A stretch of DNA of 64,000 nucleotides from the human T2T-CHM13v2.0 reference genome, Homo sapiens. The notes below the pieces were generated by a model. The model searched no databases, was not told the DNA's origin, and saw only the letters and a program-made list of their open reading frames with translations. The stretch is taken from positions 5,760,001 to 5,824,000 of the forward strand of contig CP068257.2 in assembly GCA_009914755.4 (NCBI GenBank), read 5' to 3'. Shown here in pieces: positions 26,043 through 41,200 of the stretch. The position numbers and the translations under genes were made by a program. The first letter of the stretch is position 1; every line of letters starts with the position of its first letter.

Positions 26043-28489
26043 TGACCCTGCTTTGTAAGTTTTACATCATATATCCCCTGTGTTAGACCAAGAGCTTGTA
26101 AAAGCCAGAAGACATACACCATTTATCGTTCAATTAGAGATGTTCACTGATAAAACTGATTCTTCCATCTGAGGGTGGTAATTGTAGTTACAGTAATGTA
26201 GATGACAATCTAAGTTATGTTCTATAAACTGTGTCACTGACATCTCAATCTACAGCTAACTTTGATTTTTTAAAAGCAGAGGAGTGGGTTGTATAGGTTT
26301 AGAAATACATCCATCAAGCTAGTTAAGTGAGATGGATTCAAGCCTTCAACTCACTGGAATATTTACCAAATTGACTATTCATTAGCTAAAGGAGCCATAT
26401 AAACAAGGTACTTTTTAAAATTCAAAATTATGTAAGGTTTTATTTCCTTTTTATGTTGTTATGAATTGGATTGTAGAGGTTATAAGGTAAAATAAGATTA
26501 CTTTTACAGTAAAACATACAACACATTGTCGCAAGAGGGCAGCCTTTGAACACGAATTGCTTCTCAGGCATTCCTTGAAATTTTGAGACAGTTACTTTAA
26601 TTAACACAACAAAATAATAAAACACTACAGAGGATCTAAGAAGATACTTTGACTTATGCATATTGTTACTTTTTTATTACTGCTAGTGGAAGATGTAATC
26701 GACAAGGAAGGTAAGGGCTGAATTTGTTTTATGTAAAAAGACAAATTTCTTTGGGTTTTAGCTTTCAAACATCAAGATAGTAGGTCAATGTCTAAATGAG
26801 TGTATCAAAGTTCTCACAATGGCACATGTAAATTCACCTCTTGTCTACCCAAAACTCTAACCAAGCAAAGGCAAGTTGGAAGAATCAGACAAATGTAAGT
26901 CCCTAGGATACATAAATGCCACGGGATTTTATGTTTTTAACTTTCAACCTCCTAAGTTTCACTAAGAGACATGTTATTTGGAGAGGTTGCTAAAGTGTAT
27001 TTGTATGATGTCTCTGTTTACGGTTGGTCTGGACCTCTTTCTGTCCAGTGGTTGCCCTCAACTGATGAGAGTCACCTCTCTAAAGATCATGCTTACGTCC
27101 CTGGAGCAGTCCGCAGCACTATCAATGTCTGACGTCCACCTTTTTCCAATTAATATTTCTGTACTTACTGAATTGGAAAACATACAGGTGTTTTTTGCCT
27201 GGTCACTTGTGGTTTTACAACACTCCCCCCGCTTCCCCACCACTGCCCCAGGTGATTTTGATGCCAGCCAAAGTGTGAGAACTACTGGCAGCTGCTGGCC
27301 GACAGCAGCAAAGGCCCAAATCCTCTGTGTGACTTCAAGACCCGTATCTGGTTTTCAGCCATATTTCCTTCTCCTTCTCACAGCTGAGTCCACTCCTCCT
27401 CCCTCACCACCTGTAGGCTATGCTTTCCAGCCTGTGTCCAGGATTAGTCCTGATGTAAGGCACGTGGGGTTTAAGGAGCTCTCTCTTCAGTCTTATTTCC
27501 ACACCATCTCTGACAGATATATTCCAGTTGTAATCATGGGGCTACCTCCTCTTGTTTCCAGTCCCAATCTCGTTTTCTCTATCACATTCTACCTTGTAAT
27601 AACCTAAATCTTCTGGTGGGCAAGCTTCTTCCTCAATCAAATTTGTGTTTATGATTGTGTTGGGGATTGGCATAGTAATCCAGGTACTGCTACTGCCTTG
27701 AAAGCGGAGACTGCATCCTTCTGTCTGGATATCTTGAGTTTCTGGATTGTAAACCTTATTAGGGCCCATTTTTCCTAGAATTGGAGCCTCTACTTTGTTC
27801 TTGCTACTTTAGTTCACCCAGAAAGCACGATCTCTGCCTGAATTTCAAAGTGTTGGCTAGTTTAAATATCCTTTTGTGAGACTTTTGTCTTCCTGCGGGG
27901 TGATTTTTTCATCTTACATATCATTGCTAATCTTTTTACCTTGAATATAATTGAAATAGTTTTAATCTGTGTTACCAGCAACAAGAACCCCTTTTATGAG
28001 ATGAAGAGGCCAGGTCAGTCTCATAACTTGTGTACCCCTCCGTGTGTTGAATTTATGTCAGAGCCAGGTTCTTTCCTATTTGATGTCTCTCACCAAATTC
28101 CAGTGTTTATGTCCTAGGAGGTGCCCAATAAATTCTAGAGTTGATACAAGCTGTAATTTTAGAGAAATTAAATTAGCAAGTAGAATTAGATTATATACAA
28201 CCTAATCAACTTTTTTTTTTTTCCCTGAGGATGACCAAGATTTGGGCTTCAGTGACAATAGTTATCCCCTAAATATTTATACTCAATCTAGGATCACCAG
28301 TAAAATGTTGAATAGAGGTGATGAACACACACATCCTTTTCTTGTCCTAATCTATGTGGTTTAAACATTTACGCTTTCACAATTAAATATAATATTGTTT
28401 ATATGTTTTGTTGTGGATGCTTTCCACCACTTCTAAAAAATTTCTTTTTCTAGCTTGCTGAGAGTTTTTTTTTTTAATCAGCAATAGAT

Positions 28490-29115
28490 ATTTCTCCAAA
28501 GAAAATATCCAAATTACCAACAGGTACATGAAAAAAATGCTCAGCATCACTAATCATCAGGGAAATGCAAATCAAAACCACAAAGAGATATTGCCTCAAG
28601 CCTGTTAGAATGGTCTGATTAAAAGAAAAAGATAACGAGTGTTAACAATGGGGAGAAATTGGAACACTTGTACAGTGTTTCTGGGAAAGTAAAACTGTGC
28701 AGCCTCTATGGAAAACAGTACAGTTGTTCCTCAAAAAAATTAAGAAAGTAGAACTACCATATGATCTAGCAATCTCACTTCAGGTTATTTATCTGAAAGA
28801 ATTGAGATTGGGATGATTCTCAGGCTCATTGCAGCATTATTTACACTAATCAAAATGTGGAAATAAGGTTAATGTTTATTGGCAGATGAATAGATAAAGA
28901 AAATGTGGTATATTCATACAACGGAATATTATTCAGCTTTAAAACAAGAAAATCCGGCAATATGCAACATGGATGAACCTAGAGGACATTAATGCTACGT
29001 AAAGTAAATCAGTCACAGAAGGACAAACTGTATGATTCCACTTGTATAAAGTATCTAAGATAGCCAAATTAATTAGAATCACAGATTAGAATGGTGATAG
29101 CCCTTTAAGTTGAAA
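28490..29115 (+). mobile_element. L1M-type 3' fragment (ORF2 C-terminus plus 3' region), plus strand, nested inside the minus-strand L1M
   Basis: Translation gives ...[162 protein letters not shown]. Compare L1 ORF2 ...[13 protein letters not shown]...[12 protein letters not shown]...LGIYPKD...WNQPKCPTMIDWIKKMWHIYTMEYYAAIKNDEF. Confidence 0.7.
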
Positions 29116-30435
29116 TCAATTTTACATTCCTGGGTTTTGTAGTTTTGCTATCAGGATTCTGACTCATAAAACAAGTTTGGAATTCCCCCCTTCTTCTGAA
29201 ATAATTTAAAAATTTTATTTTTTTAAAACGTTTGAAAGAATTCACCAGCAAAACTCTTTGGATGTGGAGTTTGCTTATTTTTTTATTTCTTTAGTTTTAT
29301 GTTTTTATGTGCAGGTATTTGACAATTTAATTACTTTAATAAATGTCAATTACTTCATATATTCCATTTAATCTTGTGAAATTTTTTATAAGTTTCTTTT
29401 CAAGGAATTCACCCTTTCATCCAAGTAATGAAAATTAGTATAAAATGTTTCACAATATTCTATTATCTTGTTAATGTCTCTTGTGTCTACAACTGTACAA
29501 TCTCATTAATCCCTGATATTTATAATTTGCGTTTTCTTTCTTTCTCACAGAACTAACTTTTGGCCATGTTAATTTTCTCCTGTGTCTGTTTTCTGTCTCA
29601 TTGATTTCTAATTTCTGTTTTATTTTCTTTCTTCTACTTGTTTTGGACTTAATTTGTTCTCTTGTTTTAGATTTTCTTTTTAAGGTAGAAAATTAGTGCA
29701 CTTGTTTTGAACTTCTCTTTTTTAGAATAAGCATTTATACAAAAAATTTACTCTGGGTCTGCTTAACTTATCCCACATATTTTGATATAGTATATTTTTA
29801 TTTGTATTCAGTTCAATGTATTTTAAGGTGTTTCTTATGATTTCTTCCTTGAGCTAAAGGGCATTTTAAGGTGTATTTAAATCTTCCAATAGTGTAGACT
29901 TTCCTGGGTAGCTTGTTTTCACCCATTTCAACTCATTTTCATTATGGTCAGAAAGTATACTTTCTATGATTACAGTGTTTTGAAACTTCTTGACAGATAT
30001 TTTGTGGTCTATAGCCTATTGATAAATGTTTCATGTGTAGCATAATAGAACATATATTCTATTTTCTTGGTCAATATCGATTAGGTCAGGGTGTTGTCAA
30101 AATTATTTTACCTTAACTTTCTTTAGTTATTCTATCAGCAATACAGCATTATGTCTTCATAATTACTTGACATTTTATCATTATGAAATAGCTTTCTGTT
30201 GTAATATTGCTTGTTTGGAGGTCTACTTTTTCTTATATTAATATAGCCACATAAGATTTCTTGTGCTTGTTGTTTCCTTGGTATACTTGGAAATTATTTA
30301 ACTCTCAACTTATCTATACCATAATATTTGGCATGCATCTCTTATAGGTACTTTTATTATATAGTTGGACAATCTGTGTTTTATTTGGAGTATTTAAATT
30401 ACATTTGAAATAATTATTGATAAGGTTGGAGTTAA

Positions 30436-30746
<311 letters not shown>

Positions 30747-33700
30747 TATTTTGCTCTTATCTTCTATTTGTTCCATCATTTTTTGCTCCTCTGTTCTTTC
30801 TTTCATGCCTTTTTATATTAACTGAACAATATTCAGCGTTCCATTTTAATTCCTTTATTGGCATTTTAGAAGAATATCTTCATATAATGTGGTGGTTCTC
30901 TAGGGATTGTAATAAACATCCTGGGCTTATCGCAGTCCACTTACTGTTAATAGTCAACGTTTTCATGGAACATAAAGAAAAGTTGTGGCAAAATTGTTGC
31001 GTTTAGTCTCCTGTCAGAGCTATTAATTTAGAATATTTTACTCTACATACGTTATCAATAGTACTCTTAATTTTTTATTTAAACCATCAGTTGTTTGTTA
31101 TAAAACTAAAAGAAAAAAGCCTTAGTTTTTCCTGTTTATGCACATGCCATTCCTAGAGCTTCTCCTTACTTCCTGTAGGTCAGAATTTCCATCTGTTGTT
31201 ATCTTTCTTTAGTCTAAAAAATTTCCGTTTGCATTTCTTGTATCTAGGTCTGCTAATGACAATTGTTCGAAGCTTTCTTTTATCTGAATAAATCTTTATT
31301 TTCTCAAGAATTACTTTTTCTAGTTATAGAATTTGGAGCTGACAGTTTTTTTTTTATTTTGAAGATGTAGTTTCATTGCTTTTTAAAGTGTCATTTCTGA
31401 TGACAGGTAGATGACCTATTTGTTTCCACGTATGTAAATTATTTTCTCCCTCCCTTTAGCTACTTTCAAGATTTACTCTTTTTTTGCCCAGTGTTTTGAC
31501 TATGGTATGTCTACATTTGGTTCTGTATATTTTTATTCTGTTCTTTGAGTTTCTTAAACCTGTAAGTTGATATATGCTGACAATTAGGAAAACTTTTGGT
31601 CTTTACTTTTTCAAATAGCTTTTTCTGTCTCATTTTCTTCTCTACTCTTTCTAGGAGTCCAATTATATTAGTGCTAGACTGGTCATATTTTTATTATTTT
31701 TCTCCTTTGTATTAGCTGTATTGGGAAATTGTTCTTGATCTGTTTTTAAGTGCACTGATAGTTTTTTCTGCCATCTTTAATTTACTGGTATGTGCATAAA
31801 ATGACACTTTTATATAAGATATTCTGTCTCTCAGTTCTAAAATTTGTCCTATTATCCCTTTATCATTTTTACTTCTCTGTTGAGATTCTCCATATATTCT
31901 CTCTTATGACCATCTATTCCTTAAATCCTTGAATATGCTTATAATAGCTTATTTTAAATTTCTCATCTTCTAATTCCAGCATGTGGGCCATTTCAATGTC
32001 TTAATCCATTGTTTACTTTTTTTGTTATGTGTCATATTTTCCTGGTTCTATGTCTAGGCAGGTTAAATTATATGTTAGATTATGTGTATGATATTTTGTA
32101 GAGATAGGCTCTTTTATTTTCCTTTGAAGAGTGACTCTTTTCTAACATTAGTCTTCTTTCTGTAGTCAAACACCAAACTTTCACTCCTGAGCTATATGCA
32201 ATGGTTGAAATCTCTGCTCTGTACTAGCAATTTAGCTGTTGTTTTCTGCTGGATTCTATGGAGTCTCTTTTTATGAATGTGAAATGTAGCAGCCATCATA
32301 TATCTGAATGAAGTTTAAGTGCTGATTTTAGATTTTTACTCTGTGACATTCTCCTCTGTGACTTTCAGTTGTGTGAGATTTCCTCCCATGTCATTCAAAT
32401 TTCCCAATTCTTCTTTTCTGTCAGCCTGGAACTCTGTACTCTTATTCCTCAAGCTAGTAAAACTCACCGCTTTACTCTTAGACATCTAATTTTGCACAGA
32501 CTTGGAAGTGTCATCAGGTGTGAAGTTACATTGATGCAAATTTAAATCATTGCAATTTTCTTTATTCAATGGTCAAATACTTCATCAGTGGTTGAATATT
32601 CTACTATTTCTGCCTGTTTTCTGTTTCTCATTACCATCAAATGTGTATTTAATTTTTTTTAGAGTTAATAGTTTTTTTCCCTGCATTTGAGTTAGACCTG
32701 AGCTACTACCACATTTTGTAATTCAAACTTTTTGTCTAACAATGTTTTAAAAAACTCTTTATTTGGAGGGAATTCTCAAATTTCTAAATACTCTACAAAC
32801 ATTAGGATCAGGGCTCACATTCCCAGTTTCCCTTGTAGCCAGATGTGCATATCGAACATGGCCTCAGCTAATGAAGCATACCCACATATTTGAAAGTAAG
32901 AAAAGTGTTAAGAGGAACTGTAGATATCATTTTAGTTGATGTAAGGATGGAAAATAAATAACCAACTTTCACTGGTGAACTTTGTCTTCAATCATTGTTT
33001 TCCCGTGGGTAAGCAGCTAATTTTCTGGCCTAGAGGTGAAATTGGTGTGTTGGTAAGAATTGATTTAATGATAACCTGCTTTTGTCTTTTTAAAAATTGT
33101 GAATCCACCATTGTTTCTGGTCCTGTTTTATACTTATGCAGTGTATAATCTCTCATGCAAAATTTAGTTCTTTGTTTCTCAGCTTAAACTGGATTTTGAT
33201 GAGCAGTTTTCACCTTCAAATGAAAGAAATGGCTTTGGTTGATGTTAGACAAAAATAACAAGAAGGAATTAAAGAAATTTGTTTGTCATCTTGTAACATT
33301 AAATAAATGAAACTGAAAATTCAACAATTCTGTTTCATAAAAAAGTAGAAAGTTTCTACTGTTTTTCATTATTTTCAAAGCTATATCATTAAATGAAATT
33401 TCTGCCTCATGGAAGGTTTTTAGAACTATGTAATAATACCATACAGACCATTAGGAGAGAAATGAATAAAGACTGAAAGAAGTAAGCACTGTGTGGTAAC
33501 ATAGATGGTGCACAGTTGTGTGTGTGGAGCCCTAATACATTTGACCATGGAATTTATACAATAAATGTCAGTTTCCTGTGAACCTGCTAATTAATATGAC
33601 TTTCGCAGACCTTTCCTTAACCTAAACTGTTTAGGTTTCCTGTCGACAGACTGCATGTATTCTCACCTTTAACCTTTCCATAATCTTCCCTAATTACAGA

Positions 33701-34619
33701 TGTCATTGGTTCTTAATAGCAAAAGAACAGCAGTAGCTTATAAAGTTATATTATTTGTTTTTTACTAATATGTGAAGTGATTTTGTCTTTCATTTCACCT
33801 CTAGAGCTAATTATGTCTTCTAGGTTAACAAAAATTCCAGATCATACCATCATTAGTTTAAACTTTACAATGAAATCATTATTTCCATTTATTACTAGCC
33901 TGCATTATAGCAATGTTTAGCTAATGAATTCTCAAAATATTTCTTGAAAGGTGAAAGAGTACCTCAAGTAAATGATGTAATTAATTTATTTATCAGAATT
34001 TTAAATTAAGTGTTCTGTTTAATCTCAAAGGGGTACCAATGAAGTCAGGGCATAAGGACTCTGGTTAATAAAACGGTAAGAATTAAAAAAGATTATTACA
34101 TTTTTCCTCATACTATGATGGCTATAATTTTTAAAACAGTAGAAATGTTTAATTTTTAAAGGCTACTAGTGTCTATTTCATTCAAAGATGTGAGCTCTTC
34201 AGTTCAACTTGTTGTTTGAAATTTGAACAGCTTTTTCTTGCTTTTGTTCAATACAGTTATTTAACAGTCCAGGCAGGCCTCCGGAGTTACATATATGTAT
34301 GTGGCTATGTGTGTATATATACATAGAAGTACAAATAGCATATAAACAATTTACATAAGACTTTTGCTTTTGATGAAAATTCTTCTAAAAGTGAATATAA
34401 ATTAATAGCATATGGAGCCTACAAAAATTGTCCAATAGGGAACTAGGAAAAGATAATTTGTGAAGAAAAAGTTTGCTAAAACAGACTTTTTATTTTTACA
34501 TGTAATAACTTTATATTGAAGGGTTTCCAGAAATATAAAATGTTATAGGGCACTTATCCTGAGACACATGAAGGAGACAAGGGATAGAGCTAGGATGGAA
34601 GTGAAAATAAAGGACAAAT

Positions 34620-34880
34620 AGAGATAGATACTTAAGTGGAAATGAAACACTGCATGTTCTCACTCATAGGTGGGAATTGAACAATGAGAACACATACACA
34701 CAGGAAGGGGAACATCACACACCAGGGCCTGTTGTGGGGTGGGGAGAGGGGGTAGGGATAGTATTAGGAGATATACCTAATGCTAAATGATAAGTTAATG
34801 GGTGCAGCACACCAACATGGCACATGTATACATATGTAATTAAATTGCACGTTGTGCACATGTGCCCTAAAACTTAAAGT
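34620..34880 (+). mobile_element. Short 5'-truncated L1PA 3'-end insertion (plus) with poly-A
   Basis: GAAATGAAACACTGCATGTTCTCACTCATAGGTGGGAATTGAACAATGAGAACACATACACACAGGAAGGGGAACATCACACACCAGGGCCTGTTGTGGGGTGGGGAGAGGGGG...GCACGTTGTGCACATGTGCCCTAAAACTTAAAGTATAAAAAAAAAA. Confidence 0.85.
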
Positions 34881-37667
34881 ATAAAAAAAAAATCATCAAA
34901 CAGGAGGTAATTTCAAAACATGGCTTTTCCAGGCAGCAAATTTTCTGAATGTATCGCAAAAGAAGATAAATTGCATGTCTATGTAGATCATGTCAATGAA
35001 ATAAACAATAAAGTTACTTATTGGAATATTGAAAGTGGTTGATAATAAATAAATTATTTATATTTATGGTAAAAGCAATAAACTTGATTTTTAGGGGGTT
35101 CAATGACTTCCTGAAAATATCCTCTCACAGATTTTCTCAGAGTGTCTAGTTGGCAAAAGCACAGCTCCAAATAGCTATTTCTGTCAACGTCTACAGAACA
35201 TTTACAGTTTGATTTCTAAAAGTTTCCATTTCTACTGACCTTACAAATTTGTAAAGTGAATGCCCACCAGGACAAAATATTAAGTGATAAAATTAATTGG
35301 ATCCTACAAGTGCAAATCTAGGCAAGGAAAATCTTCTTCCTTCTTAATGAATGATTTTTATGTCTCTTCATTCTTGTCCTTCTAGGTAGAGCAACACTCT
35401 GGAGACCTTCTTTTGAGGCATTTCACCACCAGAGTAAGTGTGATGTGTGAGTAATTAGTCCACCCACAGGGAGCTGGTGAAATTAAATTGGAAGTTATTT
35501 CCTAACTGGCATATCTTGGAGTAAAATTAATCTAATAACAGCTTTCATAAGAGAGCATAAGCTTAAAAGACAACATTTTTCATTCAACTTTACCAAACAA
35601 AGTGCAAATTTAGGTGTCCAGTTGTGAAGTTTTGTTGTGTGTGGATTGTACAGTGAAGGTACCAGTGGACAACAGTTGCTCATCAAGCAAGTTTATACAA
35701 AAGCTTTCGGACAAGTCCAACTCTAGATAAAATTCTAAAGTATTTCATGCTTGTGTTCAGAGTTTCTTTTTCTCTCTCCAAGGTAACCCACATATCAAAA
35801 GACATATGGGTTGTGGGTAGAACTTCCTAAAATTGCTGGTGAGAAGTGTGCCATGCATAAGCATACTTCACTAGCTTGAATTTTCTGTTAGTCTCACAGG
35901 CAACAATTACAATCCTGTATGATTTTCTATCTCCACACACTCCTGAATATAGAAAGACCAAGTAACATCCCTGGTTAAGATGTGTACAGGTTCCAAGACA
36001 TGTCTAAATATATTCACCAAGAGGTTTATTATTTTCACAGTGGCATTCACTAAATCAGTTGTCAGTGTAGCATTACTCAAGGAATAAGCAGGGTCTTTAA
36101 TTTATCAAAGTTTGGAGTGCACCCCAAGTTGGATCACTGAAGCACATAACTATAGATAAGATCACTCAAAAGCACAAATCCAGGTAATAAATATTCACTA
36201 GTAGTTTATATGCATTTAGCAATTTGAATGCTGGGAAGTGTAGCCCAGAAAATCAATCGACATGGAGCTATTAAAGAGGCATTCATGGCACCTGCACTTT
36301 GAATCTCTTCAGACTCAGGTTAAACAGGAGACATGTTAGCTCATGTATAGTGCAAAAACCCGTCCTCTTTCCCTTTTTATCTATGAACCTGCCCTTTTCA
36401 ATGTTATCTAGATGCCTGAAGGTATGAATACCCTTGATCTTGGTAAAAAATGGTACCACCCGTCAGCAAAATCTCACTGATCAGTGTCTATGTTACCTCA
36501 CTGAGTTAGCCTTTTGTGTTGTTGTGGCCCAGAATGACAATGTTGACACAATCCAAACCAGTAGTTGGGAAGTTAATGTTGGATGCGTCTTTGACAATTG
36601 ATGGAATGACCTGAAATCAAATGTGAGGCAGTGGAGACACAAGAATGCTATTCAGGAAGTTAGTGATCTGTGGAGATACTAAATGAAATATCTGGAAGGA
36701 AATGTAATCTTGCAACTATGCTTTTATGTGTTTTTTGACATAAACAGTTTCTATTTATGGTGGAGCTAGAGTGTCCATTTCCCATGAAGTTCCCATAGTG
36801 TTAACTAATACAGTCATGTGTCACTTAATGACAGGGGTGTGTCTGAGAAATGCATTGCTGGACGATATTATTATTGTGTGAACATCACAGAGTTTACTTA
36901 CACAAACCTAGATGCTATAGCTGATTACATATCTAGGTTAGGTGGTATAGCCTATTCCTCCTAGGCTACAAACCTGTGCAGCATGTTATTGTACTGAATA
37001 CTGTAGGCAATTGTAACACAACAGTTAAGTATATCTATACTTACTTATATCTATACAGTAAGTGTATCTATACATGTCTAAACATACAAGAGGTACAGTA
37101 AAAGTACAGCGTTATGATTTTATTGCACCACTGTCATACATGTGCACTATCCTTGACCAAAATGTTGTTATGTGATGCATGATTGTAACAAAAGAATTAA
37201 TTAAATATAATATTGAAGTGCCTATTGAGATTTCAATGAAGAGAGGAATATTTGTAAATTCTGATTACCTTAAGTGGGAATTGACTTTCTTCCTGTTTCC
37301 ATGGCTGTTCTTGTGAAAGAGCATAGCTTTCCAAAGACCTGAAATCTCTGACAAATCTTGCAATTCTCTATTGCCTGCATTATGAAAGTCACCTGGTATC
37401 AAATGAGGCAAAATTGTAGATTATAAAGACCTGTACTTGTCAGTTCCTAAACATAGCAAGCCTTGGTCTATCTTGAACATTTCTGCAGTTATAAATGAGC
37501 CTTGGGTCATGATTTTCTGCCTTTTTATCATAGACAAGATTTAATTTAGGAGATGTCCTTTTAATGTGTAATGTGAATAGTAAGTGACACTTATGAAGCC
37601 TATTTTCTTCCAGCCATTTTAATTGTCAAATCTGTCCAGTCAAGATGCATTGTTAGAGGCTTCACTG

Positions 37668-37703
37668 ACAACACCGTCTGTGTGTGTGGCTGTGTGTGTG
37701 TGT
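37668..37703. repeat. Short imperfect (TG)n / (CA)n tract
   Basis: CTGTGTGTGTGGCTGTGTGTGTGTGTATACATACACA. Confidence 0.8.
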
Positions 37704-38114
37704 ATACATACACATGGTTGAGCAGGATTTATTGTAAGTCAAAACAGTCTCAAATTTCTTTGGACAATACAGCTTCCTTGGCCATTCCCTTGGAGCTCTG
37801 AGTTGAGGAGCTGGTGATGTGTATTTCTCTTGCATGTTCTCCACATTATCCCTATGCAGGTCTTCCATGGGCTTGGTTTTGGAACCAGTGATGAGGAAGA
37901 TCACTAGAATTGTTGTTGTCAAAAAGATGCCTCCATTCTTCTGTATAAGCAATGGCAATTTTCCCTGACCAATATTTCTTCTTTTGAAATGGTAAATTTT
38001 GAATATTAACTGATTAATATAATCCCATAAAATAACAAAGTTTGAGCCCTATGATCTGTATTTTAGGCTAAAGTTGTGTTTTATGCTAAATCATCATTTA
38101 CTCCATGTATGATC

Positions 38115-38288
38115 TTTTTTTTTTTTTTTTTTTGAGACAGAGTCTCACACTGTCACTCAGGCTGGAGTGCAGTGGCACAATTTTGGCTTACTGCAAGCTC
38201 CGCCTCCCAGGTGCACACCATCCTCCTGCTTCAGCCTCCTGAGTAGCTGGGACTACAGGTGCCCACCACCACACCCAGCTAATTGTTT
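38115..38288 (-). mobile_element. Truncated Alu (minus), about 175 bp, poly-A-proximal half only
   Basis: 19-nt poly-T then GAGACAGAGTCTCACACTGTCACTCAGGCTGGAGTGCAGTGGCACAATTTTGGCTTACTGCAAGCTCCGCCTCCCAGGTGCACACCATCCTCCTGCTTCAGCCTCCTGAGTAGCTGGGACTACAGGTGCCCACCACCACACCCAGCTAATT. Confidence 0.8.
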
Positions 38289-41200
38289 TTTAAGATTAAG
38301 GGCGAAATAAAAGCTGCTCTCCTATATTACATTCATAAATCAGAATTATTAAAGCAAGCTATTTATTTATTACAAACACATACTCCAAATTTAGCATCTA
38401 AGACATGACAGTCTTTCAAGAGACATCAATTTACTTTTTAGGGTCTATAGCTATATTTGTATTCATGTTATTGGTGTCCATAATATTTCATTAGATGTTC
38501 TGGGTAAATTGATAAATGAAAATAACGTATGTGATAAGGAGAACAACCTAGGTCTCCTGGAGGGCCCCTTACAACTCAGCTGGTGTTAGCAGAAATGCCT
38601 GGGTGTAACAGTGAGAAACAACCTTTCAAAAGTATTGAGCAATTTTTCAGGCAGAGGAATATGTATGCCAATCCAGGCAGCCAGATAAGTGGAGGTCAGT
38701 TAAAAGATCAGTGTGTGATTACATTTTTTTTTTAAGGTTTCTACTGAGAGGAAATATAACTCTCAGTTATTATTTTCTCTGCATATCTCTGGTTATTTTG
38801 TCACAACTTTTTATGTAAGCTACTACCAAACACTGGGTTATCCAAGATCTATGGGTCGTATTCAATATTTGCTTTTCCCTCAACTACTAACACGTTTGAT
38901 TCCCTTTGTAACTTTCTCCCCTATTTCTCCTTTGAACCTGTTTTCCCCAACCACACTGAGTTAATAAGCCTCCTATATACTCTCATACCCTGTTTTATCT
39001 AAAGAGATTTCCTTTTTCTACTATTATACCCATCTCATTCCTTAATTTTTTCTTCTTATTTCTCTCTCTATTTTTTACTCTTTTAGGCACAGCTCATGTC
39101 TCATGACTTTCAAAAAGTTTTTCTTCTGATATTCCCAGCTCGAATTAGGTATATCCCAATCAGTTTCCTTAGAATTACAAGTCTGCATATTATTGGCTTG
39201 CAATCTGTCTTAGGCTGGGAATTGGCTCCTTGTAGGCAGGGACTAGAATTTATTTCCTCTTATGTCCATAATGCCTGACACAGGAACTATTCTCACATAC
39301 AAATTGTAGGGCCATAATTCCTGAGAACATATGTATATTTTAGTGACTCATAAAGGCTTGAAATACATTTTTAAAATGATTAATTGGGAAGTCCATGAAC
39401 TTGACATCTTGATGTAGAAGAAAAGCAAGGGCAGATGAAGAAGTTATACACGATACTTGAAATACCAGAAGAATATAATCAGAGAGCAATAAATTAATCC
39501 TAGATTTTTAGATGTGAAGAAGTTCTGAGAAATATTTGAAGACTTGGCTCTAGGGATGAGTACATAACAGAGACCAGTAGCCAGACTCAGAGCTTTAAAG
39601 AGTGAAGAAATGGCATTGCAGGGGGAAGGACTGTTGTATACTAAATAGAAATTGTCATTAAATGGAAGACTAAGCAAGAGGCTGATGATCTGTGGATGAG
39701 AGACCAAAATGGTGTGGAGATAGAGGTAAATGCCATAATCTACAAAGAAGATATTTTTGTGCCAGAACGAAATGATAGGTCTAGAATGTAATAAAAGATA
39801 AATAGTTAACTACATTGTAATGTGGTCTGAGAACTCACTGAAGGCATAGCCATTGATATTAACTTCCACTTTGCTTCCAGACAAAAGATTTTAAATATCT
39901 TAAAAATTACATTTGATATTGTATGATTCATCAAGACAAAGTAAAGCTGTAGTTGCCCTGGGGGGGTGGGGAATGGGGAGTCACTTTTAATGGGTACAGG
40001 ATTTCAATTTTAAAAGACAAAAAGAATTATGGAGATGGGTGGTGGTGATGCTTGCACAACATTGTGAATACATTTAATGACACCGAATTGTATAATTAAC
40101 AGTGGTTAAGATGCAAATTGTTGAGTGTGTTTTGCCACAATTAAAAAACAGAAAACAATAGTATTTGAAGATATAGCCCATTTCATCTGGTAGCTAGCTG
40201 TATGTGTCTGCTCAGCTGTGGATAGATATTTATGCTGTTTCTGAACTGGAGGTTACTGGTATTCTCTAAGGTATAGGAAAATTGATCTTATGTGGCTAAC
40301 TGAGGTGGATATAGTTGTATCAGTCAGACAGTAATGATATAATCATGAGAGTTTACATTTAACACAACTTACATGTGTTATACTTTAGAAAGCACTTCAT
40401 AGATATTATTACTTCATACCATTTTCCCCTTACCATATTTGTCTCTCCTTTCTCTGCTGACTTCACAAAATGTCTGTTCCACACTACTCAGTTCATCTCC
40501 TTATTTTGTCAAAATTTTAAGTATCAGAGTCTCCAAAAAAAAAATTCCAGACAAGTCTCATCAGCTTTCGGTCATTGATTAATCGATGCTCTTAGGGGGT
40601 TTCCCTTCCCCTTCTCAATTTAACATAGCTTCCCAATTCACTTGCCAGTAAAACAACGTTGTTTATATGGTTTTGTATTTCTTCCTGCTGAATTATGAAC
40701 ATTTTTTCATATTGACATTGATTTCCATCTGGCCATGAAATACTCAAGGTGAAGAAAATGAAACAAAATTGTTAATATTTATCAAGAGCCAGGTACTGTT
40801 TTCAGTGTCCTAGAAGCATAAACTAGTGTAATGCTCACCAGCTCATATGAGAGGCAAAAATGGATGAAACTATAAAACCAAGACACAGAGAGTTAAGGGA
40901 AATTTCCCAAGATCACACAGCCACTGAGGCTATGAACTAGATTTTGACTTCAGGCTGTTTACCCCAGAACCTGTGCTTTCAACCGTCATTTGTACTGCTT
41001 CCCTAAATTACACTTGAGTACACTGTGACATCAAATTTCACCTATGACACTGATTATCTGGGGAACTTTGCAACTTATTCTGAATATGACTCAGTTTTAT
41101 TTTCTGTACAGAGGTAAAGTCAGTATATACTCCATAGATTTGTTATAAGGATTATATGAAATGACACAAGAGAAGGCTTTAAAAGGACTTGGAAAGCAAT

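Noticed and set aside
26978-27607. 209-aa ORF, the longest ORF outside annotated TEs
   Set aside because: The translation is low-complexity (Pro/Ser/Leu-rich) with no recognisable domain or plausible start context. The surrounding sequence looks like an old LTR-type repeat (unassigned). Most likely a chance ORF.
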